From the NCBI GenBank assembly GCA_964424455.1, contig CAYRJA010000002.1, forward strand, positions 7,236 through 71,235: a stretch of 64,000 nt of DNA, in the 5' to 3' direction. The stretch is from an uncultured Bifidobacteriaceae bacterium. Its GTDB lineage: Bacteria; Bacteroidota; Bacteroidia; Chitinophagales; UBA10324. Below the pieces are notes generated by a model, which made no database searches, was not told the origin of the DNA, and saw only the letters and a list, made by a program, of their open reading frames with translations. Of the stretch, positions 47,338-56,538 are shown one piece after another. The position numbers and the translations under genes were made by a program. Every line of letters begins with the position of its first letter. Position 1 is the stretch's first letter.

Positions 47338-48228
47338 ATGTCAAAAACTGTAACAGTCTTATTTCTTTTTCTTTTTTTTACCTCTTCTTTCTGGAGCTGT
47401 AAAGAAGTTCCGCCAAATATTGATTTAAAAACTCCTTCCACTTCAGCAGATACAGCTTCTGTTCCCTTTGATGCTTCACTCTCATTACAGAGAAGAAATG
47501 TGCTGATTGAAGATTTTACAGGCGTGCGTTGTGTAAACTGCCCGAGCGCACATGAGGTGGCAGCTAATATTGTGAAGTCATATCCTTCGGGAAGAATAGT
47601 AGTGGTAGCCGAACATGATTCAGCAGGATTGCTAACCCTGCCTTATTCGTTTGGTTCCTATGATTTCAGAACAAAAGCCGCCTATGACATTGTGCAGGCG
47701 GTTGGTCCTATTTCAGCCAAACCCATCGGCTCTGTTAATAGAAAGCTTTTTTTGGGAGAAACTACCCGTACAGTTGCAAGACAGAAATGGGCAGGATATA
47801 CCACACAGGAATATGCTGATTCTGTTTCAACCGTTCAAATGAAAATGGAGCATAGCTATAATGATGCAGCAAGAACACTCTCACTTGGTGTGATTCTTCA
47901 ATATACACAGAGCATTACTTCTATGCTGAATCTTAGTGTGATGCTGATCGAGAGCGGAATGAAAGAACCTCAGTTAGGCGGTCCGAAGGGTGGTCCTTCG
48001 GGCATTGATACCTTTTATGTCCATCGTCATGTTCTGCGTACGATGCTGACTCCTTCATTAGGACGTGTCATTGTTGGAAATAAAACACCCGGACATGCTA
48101 CGAAGTATCTGTTCTCTGATTTTACTATCCCCTCATCGTGGAATGTGGACAGTACAAGCATTGTAGCATTTGTAACAGCAGGCACTGATTCTGTTTTGCA
48201 GGTGGTGGAGACTCCATTGAAGAAATAA
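47338..48228 (+). CDS. thioredoxin-fold lipoprotein with CxxC (Omp28-related)
   Basis: Lipobox SSFWSC. CxxC in FTGVRCVNCPSAHE. It starts 4 nt after the barrel gene. Confidence 0.45.
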   Translation: MSKTVTVLFLFLFFTSSFWSCKEVPPNIDLKTPSTSADTASVPFDASLSLQRRNVLIEDFTGVRCVNCPSAHEVAANIVKSYPSGRIVVVAEHDSAGLLTLPYSFGSYDFRTKAAYDIVQAVGPISAKPIGSVNRKLFLGETTRTVARQKWAGYTTQEYADSVSTVQMKMEHSYNDAARTLSLGVILQYTQSITSMLNLSVMLIESGMKEPQLGGPKGGPSGIDTFYVHRHVLRTMLTPSLGRVIVGNKTPGHATKYLFSDFTIPSSWNVDSTSIVAFVTAGTDSVLQVVETPLKK

Positions 48229-48269
48229 AACGACTGTAACTTTTCTACTTTTACTGCTGAAATTAGCAA

Positions 48270-50705
48270 ATGAAAATATCATATAACTGGTTGAAGGATT
48301 ACCTCGTAATTGATTTGCCCGCACAGGAAGTGGCGGATATTCTGACTCAAACAGGGCTGGAGGTGGAAGAAGTTTCATTGTATGAAACAGTGAAAGGCGG
48401 CATGAAAGGGTTGGTGATTGGCGTAGTAAACTCAGTGGAGAAACATCCGGATGCTGATAAACTGAAAATCACTAAGACAAATGTTGGAGGCAGTAATGAT
48501 TTGCAGATTATCTGCGGAGCGCCTAATGTAGCCGCAGGACAAAAAGTGATTGTTGCCACCGAAGGAACAGAAGTGTTCCCGACTGAAGGAGAAAAATTTA
48601 AAATCAAGAAATCGAAAATACGCGGAATAGAAAGTGAGGGAATGATTTGTTCCGAATCAGAAATAGGGCTAAGTACTGACCACAGCGGAATAGTGGTACT
48701 TCCTGCGGATGCAAAAGTGGGAACGGCTGTAAAAGATTTTTACAAGGTTGAATCGGATTACATTTTTGAAGTGGGTTTAACGCCGAATCGTTCTGATGCA
48801 TTTTCACATATCGGAGTAGCAAGAGATCTGGCTGCATACCTGAAAGTAAAAAAGGATTGGGAGGGAGAATTGAAAACTCCTTATCCTGAAATGTTGATTT
48901 ATGCGGCTTCAGCATCACCGGTAAGTGTTACAGTTGAGAACACAGGTGCGTGTCCACGGTACATGGGCTTGCTGATTAGTGATGTGAAAACAGGCGAATC
49001 GCCCAAGTGGTTGAAAGACCGGCTGCAATCTATCGGTATCCGATCTATTAATAATGTAGTGGACATCACCAATTTTGTGCTGCATGAATGTGGTCAGCCG
49101 CTTCATGCTTTTGATGCAGATAAAATCAAGGGGAATAAAGTTATAGTAAAAAACCTTCCGGATAACACTCCGTTTGTTACACTTGATGAGAAAGAAGTAA
49201 AGTTAAGCACAAAAGATTTAATGATTTGTGATGCGGAAGAAGGGATGTGTATTGCAGGAGTTTTCGGAGGAAAACATTCAGGTGTTACAGATACCACTAA
49301 AAATATTTTTTTAGAGAGCGCTCACTTTCACGCAGGAACTATACGGCAAACTGCCACACGGCATAATTTAAGAACGGATGCCGCCATTCATTTTGAAAAA
49401 GGCATTGATCCTGAAATTACTTTATATGCACTGAAGCGTGCAGCCACCTTAATGGTGCAGTATGCAGGAGCAAAACTGAAATATAAAATTGAAGAAGTAA
49501 ATACACAGAAGCCGACCGATAAAATTATTCATCTCAGTTATCAGTGGTTGAATGAAAGCGCTGGAATAGAAATTTCTGCTGAAGAAGTGAAGAATATATT
49601 ACAGGCGCTTCATTTTAAACTGATGACAGAAGAAGAGGATATCACATCATGGTTAGTGCCCTCTTATAAAATTGATATTGACCGCGATGTGGATTTAATG
49701 GAAGAAGTGCTGCGTATTTATGGTTATGATAACATACCGATACCTGAACATCTTCTGTCATCGCTGAGTTATTCTCAGCCGGAGGATATGGACAGAAACC
49801 AGTTGGAGAAGATTTCCGGCTATTTGTCTGCGAATGGTTTTTCTGAGATGATGAATAACTCAATCGTTAATTCAAAGACTGCATTGGAAAATGGTTTTAC
49901 AAACGAAGAGCAGATTCTCCGCTTTATGAATTATGCAAATACCGGATTGGATTCTATGCGCACTTCTATGTTGTATTCAGGATTAGAAGTAATTCAGCGG
50001 AATCAAAACCGCAAGCATGGAGATTTGAAATTGTATGAAACAGGAAAAACTTATTTAAGAGAAGGAGAAAAATTTTCTGAACAGTTTCAGTTGACTCTGT
50101 TTCTTTATGGGAAGTCAAATCCTGAAAACTGGAAAGTGAAACCGTCTGATACAGATGTTTTTGAACTGAAATCGTATGTGGAAAACATACTTGCCTTATG
50201 CGGTATTTCTAAATACACATTGGCACAATTCTCAGACGAAAAATACGAAAGCGGATTAGCGATTTCTCAGGGGAAAACCACTTTAGCGCGACTGGGATGG
50301 ATAAGAGAAAAGATATGTGGATATTATGATTTGAAATCATCTGTTTTTTTTGCTGAACTTTATCTTGACAATTTACTGCCGGAGACTCGTTCAGCAAAAT
50401 TGAAGTTTAGAGAGTTGTCAAAATTTCAGCCGGTTCGACGGGACTTAGCTTTGGTAATTGACAAGTCAGTAAAGTATAGTGAGATTGAAAAAGAAGCACG
50501 GCATTCGGCAGGCAAATTATTAAAGGAAGTAAATCTGTTTGATGTTTATGAAGATGAAAGATTGGGGAAAGACAAAAAATCTTATGCCGTCAGCTTCATT
50601 TTTTCAGATGATGAAAAGACATTGACCGATTCAGAAATTGACCAATTAATGAATAAAATTTCACAAGCCATTCAATCTCAAATTAAAGCCACCATCCGCC
50701 AATGA
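48270..50705 (+). CDS. pheT: phenylalanine--tRNA ligase beta subunit
   Basis: 811 aa. N-terminal MKISYNWLKDY, a tRNA-binding domain (KHPDADKL...CGAPN), and B3/4, B5 and FDX-ACB-like regions. Confidence 0.95.
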   Translation: MKISYNWLKDYLVIDLPAQEVADILTQTGLEVEEVSLYETVKGGMKGLVIGVVNSVEKHPDADKLKITKTNVGGSNDLQIICGAPNVAAGQKVIVATEGTEVFPTEGEKFKIKKSKIRGIESEGMICSESEIGLSTDHSGIVVLPADAKVGTAVKDFYKVESDYIFEVGLTPNRSDAFSHIGVARDLAAYLKVKKDWEGELKTPYPEMLIYAASASPVSVTVENTGACPRYMGLLISDVKTGESPKWLKDRLQSIGIRSINNVVDITNFVLHECGQPLHAFDADKIKGNKVIVKNLPDNTPFVTLDEKEVKLSTKDLMICDAEEGMCIAGVFGGKHSGVTDTTKNIFLESAHFHAGTIRQTATRHNLRTDAAIHFEKGIDPEITLYALKRAATLMVQYAGAKLKYKIEEVNTQKPTDKIIHLSYQWLNESAGIEISAEEVKNILQALHFKLMTEEEDITSWLVPSYKIDIDRDVDLMEEVLRIYGYDNIPIPEHLLSSLSYSQPEDMDRNQLEKISGYLSANGFSEMMNNSIVNSKTALENGFTNEEQILRFMNYANTGLDSMRTSMLYSGLEVIQRNQNRKHGDLKLYETGKTYLREGEKFSEQFQLTLFLYGKSNPENWKVKPSDTDVFELKSYVENILALCGISKYTLAQFSDEKYESGLAISQGKTTLARLGWIREKICGYYDLKSSVFFAELYLDNLLPETRSAKLKFRELSKFQPVRRDLALVIDKSVKYSEIEKEARHSAGKLLKEVNLFDVYEDERLGKDKKSYAVSFIFSDDEKTLTDSEIDQLMNKISQAIQSQIKATIRQ

Positions 50706-51001
50706 TTGAAACACTGCACAAACAAGCCGACGAACTTCAGCAACGGGTTCAACGCGTATCTGAAAAAGTTGAACAGTATCAACAAACTAATCAGAAACTA
50801 AAAGAAGAAGTAAGTGAGCTTCGTGATGAGTTGAAACAGAAAAGCATGGAACTGAAACAAACAGAAGACAGAGTAAAAACTGTTTCAATGGTCAACAATG
50901 TCCCCTCTCAGTCGCCTGCACAAGTGAAGGAGATGAAGCACAAGTTGAACGAATACATCCGTGAAATTGACCGGTGCATTAATAAACTCAACGCTATGTA
51001 A
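50702..51001 (+). CDS. coiled-coil protein (possible ZapB-like partner of ZapA)
   Basis: 99 aa, heptad-rich (QQRVQRVSEKVEQYQQTNQKLKEEVSELRDELKQK). Its ATG overlaps the pheT TGA (ATGA), and it ends 2 nt before zapA. Confidence 0.45.
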   Translation: MIETLHKQADELQQRVQRVSEKVEQYQQTNQKLKEEVSELRDELKQKSMELKQTEDRVKTVSMVNNVPSQSPAQVKEMKHKLNEYIREIDRCINKLNAM

Positions 51002-51003
51002 TT

Positions 51004-51300
51004 ATGACAGACCAGACACATCATATCAAAATAACTGTTGCTGACCGCCAGTATCCTGTTACAGTAAAGCCGGAAGATGAAAAAGCCGTCCGTACCGCTG
51101 CTAAAATGATTAATGATAAAATCAGTGAATACCAGCGGCAGTTTCAGGCAAAAGACAAGCAGGATTATCTTGCGATGAGCGCATTGATGAATCTTGTAGA
51201 GCAGATGAAAGAAACCGTACCAAACCAGCATGAAATAGAACTTCTCGGCGAGAAGTTAGAGAATATGAATACGATGGTAGGCGAAATGTTGAAGAGATAG
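51004..51300 (+). CDS. zapA: cell division protein ZapA
   Basis: 98 aa. IKITVADRQYPVTVKPEDEKAVRTAAKMINDKI is the typical ZapA N-terminal pattern. Confidence 0.75.
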   Translation: MTDQTHHIKITVADRQYPVTVKPEDEKAVRTAAKMINDKISEYQRQFQAKDKQDYLAMSALMNLVEQMKETVPNQHEIELLGEKLENMNTMVGEMLKR

Positions 51301-51358
51301 TATGACTTAAATCCGAATGTACTGTAGCTGTAACAGTTTCTATTATAACAGAAATAAT

Positions 51359-52090
51359 CTACCAGGTAATATTCAGCGACTGTAATGTTTGGAGATTCAA
51401 TCCACCTACCGGCAACTGATTTTCCTGTTGATATTTTTCAAGTGATTCAATAGTTGTTCCGCCTAATTCTTTTGCAGATACATCTACAGGATACCCCAGC
51501 ATTTTCAGGTGTTCCTGTACCTGACGGATTAGTTTAGAAGTTACTTTAGAAGGACATACAATTTCAGTTTCAACAAATTGCTCCTTTTGCTTTATTGCAG
51601 TTTTAGTAACTACATGAGTAAAGGTGGCAGGCACTTCTACCCTCATGGTTTTATCTTTGTTAACCTGTTCATACACTGTAACAGGTTTTTTCTTGGATAT
51701 ATTCATCAGGTTTTCAGTTCGTGCTTCTTCCAATACGATATATTTAGTAACCGCTTTGTAGCGAGGAGATTGCTTTTTACCACTGACCAGAACCTGTTCT
51801 TCATAAATATCATATACAGCAGGAATCTGTTTTTTCATTGAATCGCCTGAAGTATAAACAAGGGTATCCTGCATCACTAAAAAACTTCCGGGCACTTTAA
51901 CCATTGTTTTGTGCTGTTGCTTGTCAATAACCTTTATGGTATCATACTTATACTTGTAGGGAACACGGCAATTAAAAAAACACTTTGAACTGTCTGAAAT
52001 TGTATTCTGCGCGAGAGTGGTGTTACAGACAAAAGAAAGCAGAGTCATTAAACAAAAAGCAAGAGCTATTTTATAAAATGAATTATACAT
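51359..52090 (-). CDS. secreted protein with C-terminal peptidoglycan-binding-like domain
   Basis: Signal peptide. The C-terminus LIRQVQEHLKMLGYPV...LEKYQQENQLPVGG resembles PG_binding_1. Confidence 0.45.
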   Translation of the reverse strand: MYNSFYKIALAFCLMTLLSFVCNTTLAQNTISDSSKCFFNCRVPYKYKYDTIKVIDKQQHKTMVKVPGSFLVMQDTLVYTSGDSMKKQIPAVYDIYEEQVLVSGKKQSPRYKAVTKYIVLEEARTENLMNISKKKPVTVYEQVNKDKTMRVEVPATFTHVVTKTAIKQKEQFVETEIVCPSKVTSKLIRQVQEHLKMLGYPVDVSAKELGGTTIESLEKYQQENQLPVGGLNLQTLQSLNITW

Positions 52091-52137
52091 ACTCTTTTCA
52101 GCTTTTGTAACAGTGATTGGATAGAATTCATCTGAAA

Positions 52138-54039
52138 TTATTTCTTAATTACTATTTTAAAATAACTCTCTCTGTTCATTTGAAGGAAATAAATTCCCTC
52201 CGTTAAATCAGGCAATCTGATTTTTCCATTAGCGTCTGTATGACCATTCAGAACATGTTCACCAATCAGATTGAATAAATTTACTTCAGTGATTTGCTCT
52301 TTCTTTAAATCATTTTTTACCAGAATATATGCTGAAGCAGGATTTGGATAAACAGAATAATTGGGTTCAGGTACCATTGATTGAACCGAAAGGTTAGGAT
52401 CATTTACAATGGCTCCGGTTTTGTTTATAATCCATTGATTCGGGTCAATAACCAATCCTGTTACAGTTCTGCTGCTTACAAAATTCAGATTTGTAACAGA
52501 ATCTGCAACGTAAATACGGACAATGGTATCGCCATCAGCATATTGAATTTTAATTTCCAAAGGAGTTTTAAAGAAAGGCGTTTTTAGAGAAGAAGCAGTT
52601 TCAGTAAGCTCAATAGACAATAGATTGTTTAGTTGCTTCCATCTGGCGTTGAATGTCGGATAACCAAAGCCATAGTACCATTGATTGAAGAAATCGGTTA
52701 AATCTTTCCCTGATGTAGCTTCCATAACATTTTTAAAATCTTTTCCTGTTGCAGCCCTACCTGAGAACTGAGTTTGATAGTTTTTTAATCCATTAAAAAA
52801 AATGCTGTCGTTATTTATTTCAAACCTAAGTGAGTTGTAAACACAAGCTGCCTTACGATAAAACATCGCCTGATCAGCAAACACACCGTTTCCAAATCCG
52901 GCAACAGAAGAGGTATCACCCGGACCATATACAGAGCCAGTTGGTTTTGACACTGCACTACCTTCAAAGTTGGTTATCCGATTGATTCGTTTAGAAGAGT
53001 TAGATATTCCTGTTTCAAACTCCTCATATATTGCGATACTGTATTCTGCAAACCCTTCATTCAATGCCACATCATTCCATGAAGCACAGGTAGTGTTACA
53101 GCCCCACCACTGATGTGCAATTTCATGCACAGCTACTCCGTCAGCGCCCATTGAGATAGAAGTCTGATTTTCTATACCGCCGGACAAATCCACCTTTGAT
53201 ATAGCAAGTTGCTCATCATAAAACGGATAAAGACCATAGAGACTGCTGAATACATCTAATATATTCTGAATAAGGTTGGAAGGATTAGGAGTGTAGTTAT
53301 AAAATTTCAACGCCATTGAATCTGTTCTGCTTTCAGGGTGCCAATATTGGACTGTTTCAGTGAAAGAGCCGACCACAAAAGAGATGTTGTAGAAGTCAAT
53401 CGGATATTTGCTTTTCCATTCCCACCGGATTTTATTATTGGGAAGTGTTACAGTATCCGCAAGTAATCCGTTTGATAGTGCTCTGGACGAGTTGCCGGTG
53501 GTAATAAAAAACCAGGATGAATCTGCTTTGTCGGTCAGCACTTGTTTACAGGGCCACCATGAGTAAGAATTGTAAGGAGGAGATGCAGAAAACTTATGAG
53601 GTGATGGATTGTTGCTGCTCCAGAATCCGGAGTTTAAGGCAGTGGAAGGAGTTGGGTTCCCATGATAAAAAATACGGGTTTCAATTATGTCATTGCTATC
53701 AGCAATAAATGGCAACTTAATATTTACCTCTGAATTTTCTCTGAGAACTTCAGCGGTCATAAATCCTCCTGAATTAATAGAGGCAAGGGCTGAATCAATT
53801 AAAAGATTTGAAGCCAGTTCAACAGCGATAGTATCTAAACCGGTTACAAGAGATTTTGACCGCATCAGTACATCGCCGGAAATTGCAGGAGAGTCTGCCT
53901 CTATGTCAAGATTCAGAAAATAAAACTTCACATCATACCGTAGTTCGCGTATTCTGTGCTCTGTAGAAGGAATAGATTGTGAGTAGCTTACAACGGTCAG
54001 TAGAAAAAAAGAAAAGAATAGGGGAGTAAATTTTTGCAT
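52138..54039 (-). CDS. M1-family zinc aminopeptidase with T9SS type-A C-terminal domain
   Basis: HEIAHQWWG followed by NEGFAEY (HExxH-18-E). Signal peptide. Tail VYPNPASAYILV...GIYFLQM. Confidence 0.8.
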   Translation of the reverse strand: MQKFTPLFFSFFLLTVVSYSQSIPSTEHRIRELRYDVKFYFLNLDIEADSPAISGDVLMRSKSLVTGLDTIAVELASNLLIDSALASINSGGFMTAEVLRENSEVNIKLPFIADSNDIIETRIFYHGNPTPSTALNSGFWSSNNPSPHKFSASPPYNSYSWWPCKQVLTDKADSSWFFITTGNSSRALSNGLLADTVTLPNNKIRWEWKSKYPIDFYNISFVVGSFTETVQYWHPESRTDSMALKFYNYTPNPSNLIQNILDVFSSLYGLYPFYDEQLAISKVDLSGGIENQTSISMGADGVAVHEIAHQWWGCNTTCASWNDVALNEGFAEYSIAIYEEFETGISNSSKRINRITNFEGSAVSKPTGSVYGPGDTSSVAGFGNGVFADQAMFYRKAACVYNSLRFEINNDSIFFNGLKNYQTQFSGRAATGKDFKNVMEATSGKDLTDFFNQWYYGFGYPTFNARWKQLNNLLSIELTETASSLKTPFFKTPLEIKIQYADGDTIVRIYVADSVTNLNFVSSRTVTGLVIDPNQWIINKTGAIVNDPNLSVQSMVPEPNYSVYPNPASAYILVKNDLKKEQITEVNLFNLIGEHVLNGHTDANGKIRLPDLTEGIYFLQMNRESYFKIVIKK

Positions 54040-54140
54040 TTGCCAAAGATGAAATTTTTTTGTGTGCTGAAAAAGAACAGAAAAAAATTTGTTTTGAAAA
54101 GTAAGAATGTGTTACAGATTGAATGTTTACAATACTCAAA

Positions 54141-54176
54141 TAAGATTATCATTTACTTATATCTCTGATAATCTTA
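54141..54176 (-). terminator. candidate terminator hairpin after the nifU-like gene
   Basis: 11-bp perfect inverted repeat TAAGATTATCA (54141-54151) / TGATAATCTTA (54166-54176) with a 14-nt loop. On the minus strand only a short TTT follows. Confidence 0.3.
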
Positions 54177-54244
54177 GCTGAATGACTTTTCAATTATGAA
54201 TGTCAGTTTGAGAATTGTTAGGTGTATTACAGAAAAAGATAGTC

Positions 54245-54844
54245 CTATTCTGCAACTACTTGTTCCACCTCCGGAATTTCTTTTCTCAGGATTCTTTCAA
54301 TTCCTGCTTTCAGTGTAATAGTTGAAGAAGGGCATCCGTTACAAGCTCCATGTAGCTTTACTGCAACCTTTCCTTTGTGATAAGATTTAAACTGTATAGC
54401 TCCGCCATCCCTTGCTATTGCGGGCTTTATCTGATTTTCAAGTATTTCTTTTATTTCATTTATTAACTCTGCTTCGTCAGAAATATCAGAATGAGCCACC
54501 TTGGAAGGAAGATGAGTTAATGCCGGCTTAAAACTTTTAGTAAAAATGTCTTTGCCTTCAGTGATATAATCAGAAATGAATTCTTTAAGAATCAGAATAA
54601 TTTCGTGCCAGTCTGCATCCGGCTGCTTAGTAACTGTAACGAAATTGTTCATAATAAATACACCTTTCACAAAGGGAAATCCAAACAACTCTGTGGCAAG
54701 AGGAGATTCTTTTGCTATAGCTTCATCGGGGAAATCTGCAGAGATATTATGTAGCAGTATTTTATCTGTTACAAACCGCATCGTTTCAGGATTAGGAGTA
54801 CTTTCTGTATAGATGCTAACGGGGATATTTACAGTGGTATTCAT
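54245..54844 (-). CDS. NifU/Nfu-type Fe-S cluster assembly protein
   Basis: 199 aa. An Nfu_N-like N-terminal half plus a C-terminal NifU domain with CxxC (GACNGCPSS). Confidence 0.8.
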   Translation of the reverse strand: MNTTVNIPVSIYTESTPNPETMRFVTDKILLHNISADFPDEAIAKESPLATELFGFPFVKGVFIMNNFVTVTKQPDADWHEIILILKEFISDYITEGKDIFTKSFKPALTHLPSKVAHSDISDEAELINEIKEILENQIKPAIARDGGAIQFKSYHKGKVAVKLHGACNGCPSSTITLKAGIERILRKEIPEVEQVVAE

Positions 54845-55013
54845 TATAATGATTGCTAATACAGTATCAACACAAAAGTATCGAAAAAAATTGCAGCCAC
54901 ATTCGAAAGTACTTGCTTATTTTGTATTGAAATTATTTCCATTGACCGCTTCTCACCTTACTCAGACGATTGCAAATCGCAAAAAAGAGACTTCACAAAC
55001 GATTAAAACCGGA

Positions 55014-56042
55014 ATGCCTCCCGGCGAGTTGGTTTATATCGGGAAAGAAAAAAAGGAAACACCTGTTCATGTTACAGTTATAGATTATGATGAATCAAAT
55101 TTCTCAGAAAGAAAAATAACAAAGATTGAAGATGCATTTCCCTACAAGGACACCAATACCAGCACATGGATAAATATTGACGGACTTCATCATACGGAAA
55201 TAGTAAAGCAAATCGGGAAAGCGTACAATGTTCATTCGCTTTTTCTGGAAGACATTGTTAATACCAACCAGCGGCCTAAACTGGAGGAAGGGAAAGAAAA
55301 CATATTCATCGTTTTTAAGATGCTGGAGTATAACGGGCAAAACAAAAGTGTGAATGTGGAACAGATTAGTCTTGTGCTCGGGAAAAATTATGTGTTGTCA
55401 TTCCAGGAAAACATTGGAGATATTTTTGATTCGGTTCGTGCCCGCCTGCGCAATCCTGATTCACGCATCCGCAAATATGGCTCAGACTATTTAGTATATG
55501 CGCTGATGGATAAGGTGATTGATAATTATTTTCTGATTATGGAACAGATAGGAGAAGAAGTGGAAAGTCTGGAAAGTAAATCGGAAAAAATTCAAAGTAC
55601 AAAATTCATTCAGCAAATCAGCCAACTGAAGAAGGAGATTATGATTCTGCGGCGCACCATCTGGCCACTCCGTGAGGTAATAAATGATTTATTGAGAAGT
55701 GAAGTGAAAGAAATAAAACCTGAAACACTTTTGTTTTTCCGTGATCTTTATGATCACACTGTTCAGGTGATGGATGCGATTGAAATGTACCGCGACAGTT
55801 TAGTGAGTGCGCTGGATGTAAACTTTTCGCTTGTCAATTTGAAGATGAATGATGTAATCAAAGTACTGACTATTATTTCTACCATCTTTATTCCACTCAC
55901 TTTTATTGTGGGTGTATATGGAATGAATTTTAATTATATGCCGGAGTTAGGATGGCGCTATGGCTATTTTCTGGTTCTGCTGCTGATGTCTGCAGTAGCT
56001 GTGGGAATGATTTATTACTTTAAGAAAAAGAAATGGTTCTGA
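55014..56042 (+). CDS. corA: magnesium/cobalt transporter CorA
   Basis: YGMNF motif (VGVYGMNFNYMPE) and two C-terminal TMs. Start uncertain: ATG 55014, or TTG 54942, which would add a basic N-terminus. The track start at 54813 overlaps the divergent nifU gene and was rejected. Confidence 0.8.
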   Translation: MPPGELVYIGKEKKETPVHVTVIDYDESNFSERKITKIEDAFPYKDTNTSTWINIDGLHHTEIVKQIGKAYNVHSLFLEDIVNTNQRPKLEEGKENIFIVFKMLEYNGQNKSVNVEQISLVLGKNYVLSFQENIGDIFDSVRARLRNPDSRIRKYGSDYLVYALMDKVIDNYFLIMEQIGEEVESLESKSEKIQSTKFIQQISQLKKEIMILRRTIWPLREVINDLLRSEVKEIKPETLLFFRDLYDHTVQVMDAIEMYRDSLVSALDVNFSLVNLKMNDVIKVLTIISTIFIPLTFIVGVYGMNFNYMPELGWRYGYFLVLLLMSAVAVGMIYYFKKKKWF

Positions 56043-56043
56043 A

Positions 56044-56529
56044 TCAGTCAAACAGTTCATTCAGCGTATTCCACACCAATTCAGTTTCATATCCTTTAGT
56101 AATTAAGTGACGGGCAAGTTTATTCTTCTTTTCAAAAGAAGTAAGCCCTTTGAGTGTTACAGTTTTTTTCTGAATAATTCTCTTTAGCGTCTTTTTATAC
56201 TCTGTATCATCAATTTCTTTCAGCGCTTGATTAATGTTGTAATCTGATATTTTTTTAGCATGAAGTTGTTGAATAATTTTATTTCGTCCCCAACCTTTCA
56301 TTCTGAACTTGCCGCCGCTGTATGCTTTAGCGAATCGCTCTTCATTCAGATAATTTTCTTCAATCAGTTTTACTATAATTTCTTCAAGATCCAATCCTTT
56401 TTGACCCCACTGTAACAGTTTGTTCCTTACTTCCGAATGGCTGCGCTCCTGATAAGCACAATATTTTCGTGCACGCTGCAATGCTTCAGACTTTGACAGA
56501 TATTTTATCTTTTTTTCCTGTTCCATCAC
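56044..56529 (-). CDS. recX: regulatory protein RecX
   Basis: 161 aa with a three-repeat helical pattern (AL.RA.KYCAYQERS..EVR.KL). Size is typical of RecX. Confidence 0.75.
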   Translation of the reverse strand: MMEQEKKIKYLSKSEALQRARKYCAYQERSHSEVRNKLLQWGQKGLDLEEIIVKLIEENYLNEERFAKAYSGGKFRMKGWGRNKIIQQLHAKKISDYNINQALKEIDDTEYKKTLKRIIQKKTVTLKGLTSFEKKNKLARHLITKGYETELVWNTLNELFD

Positions 56530-56538
56530 CAGAGTGGA

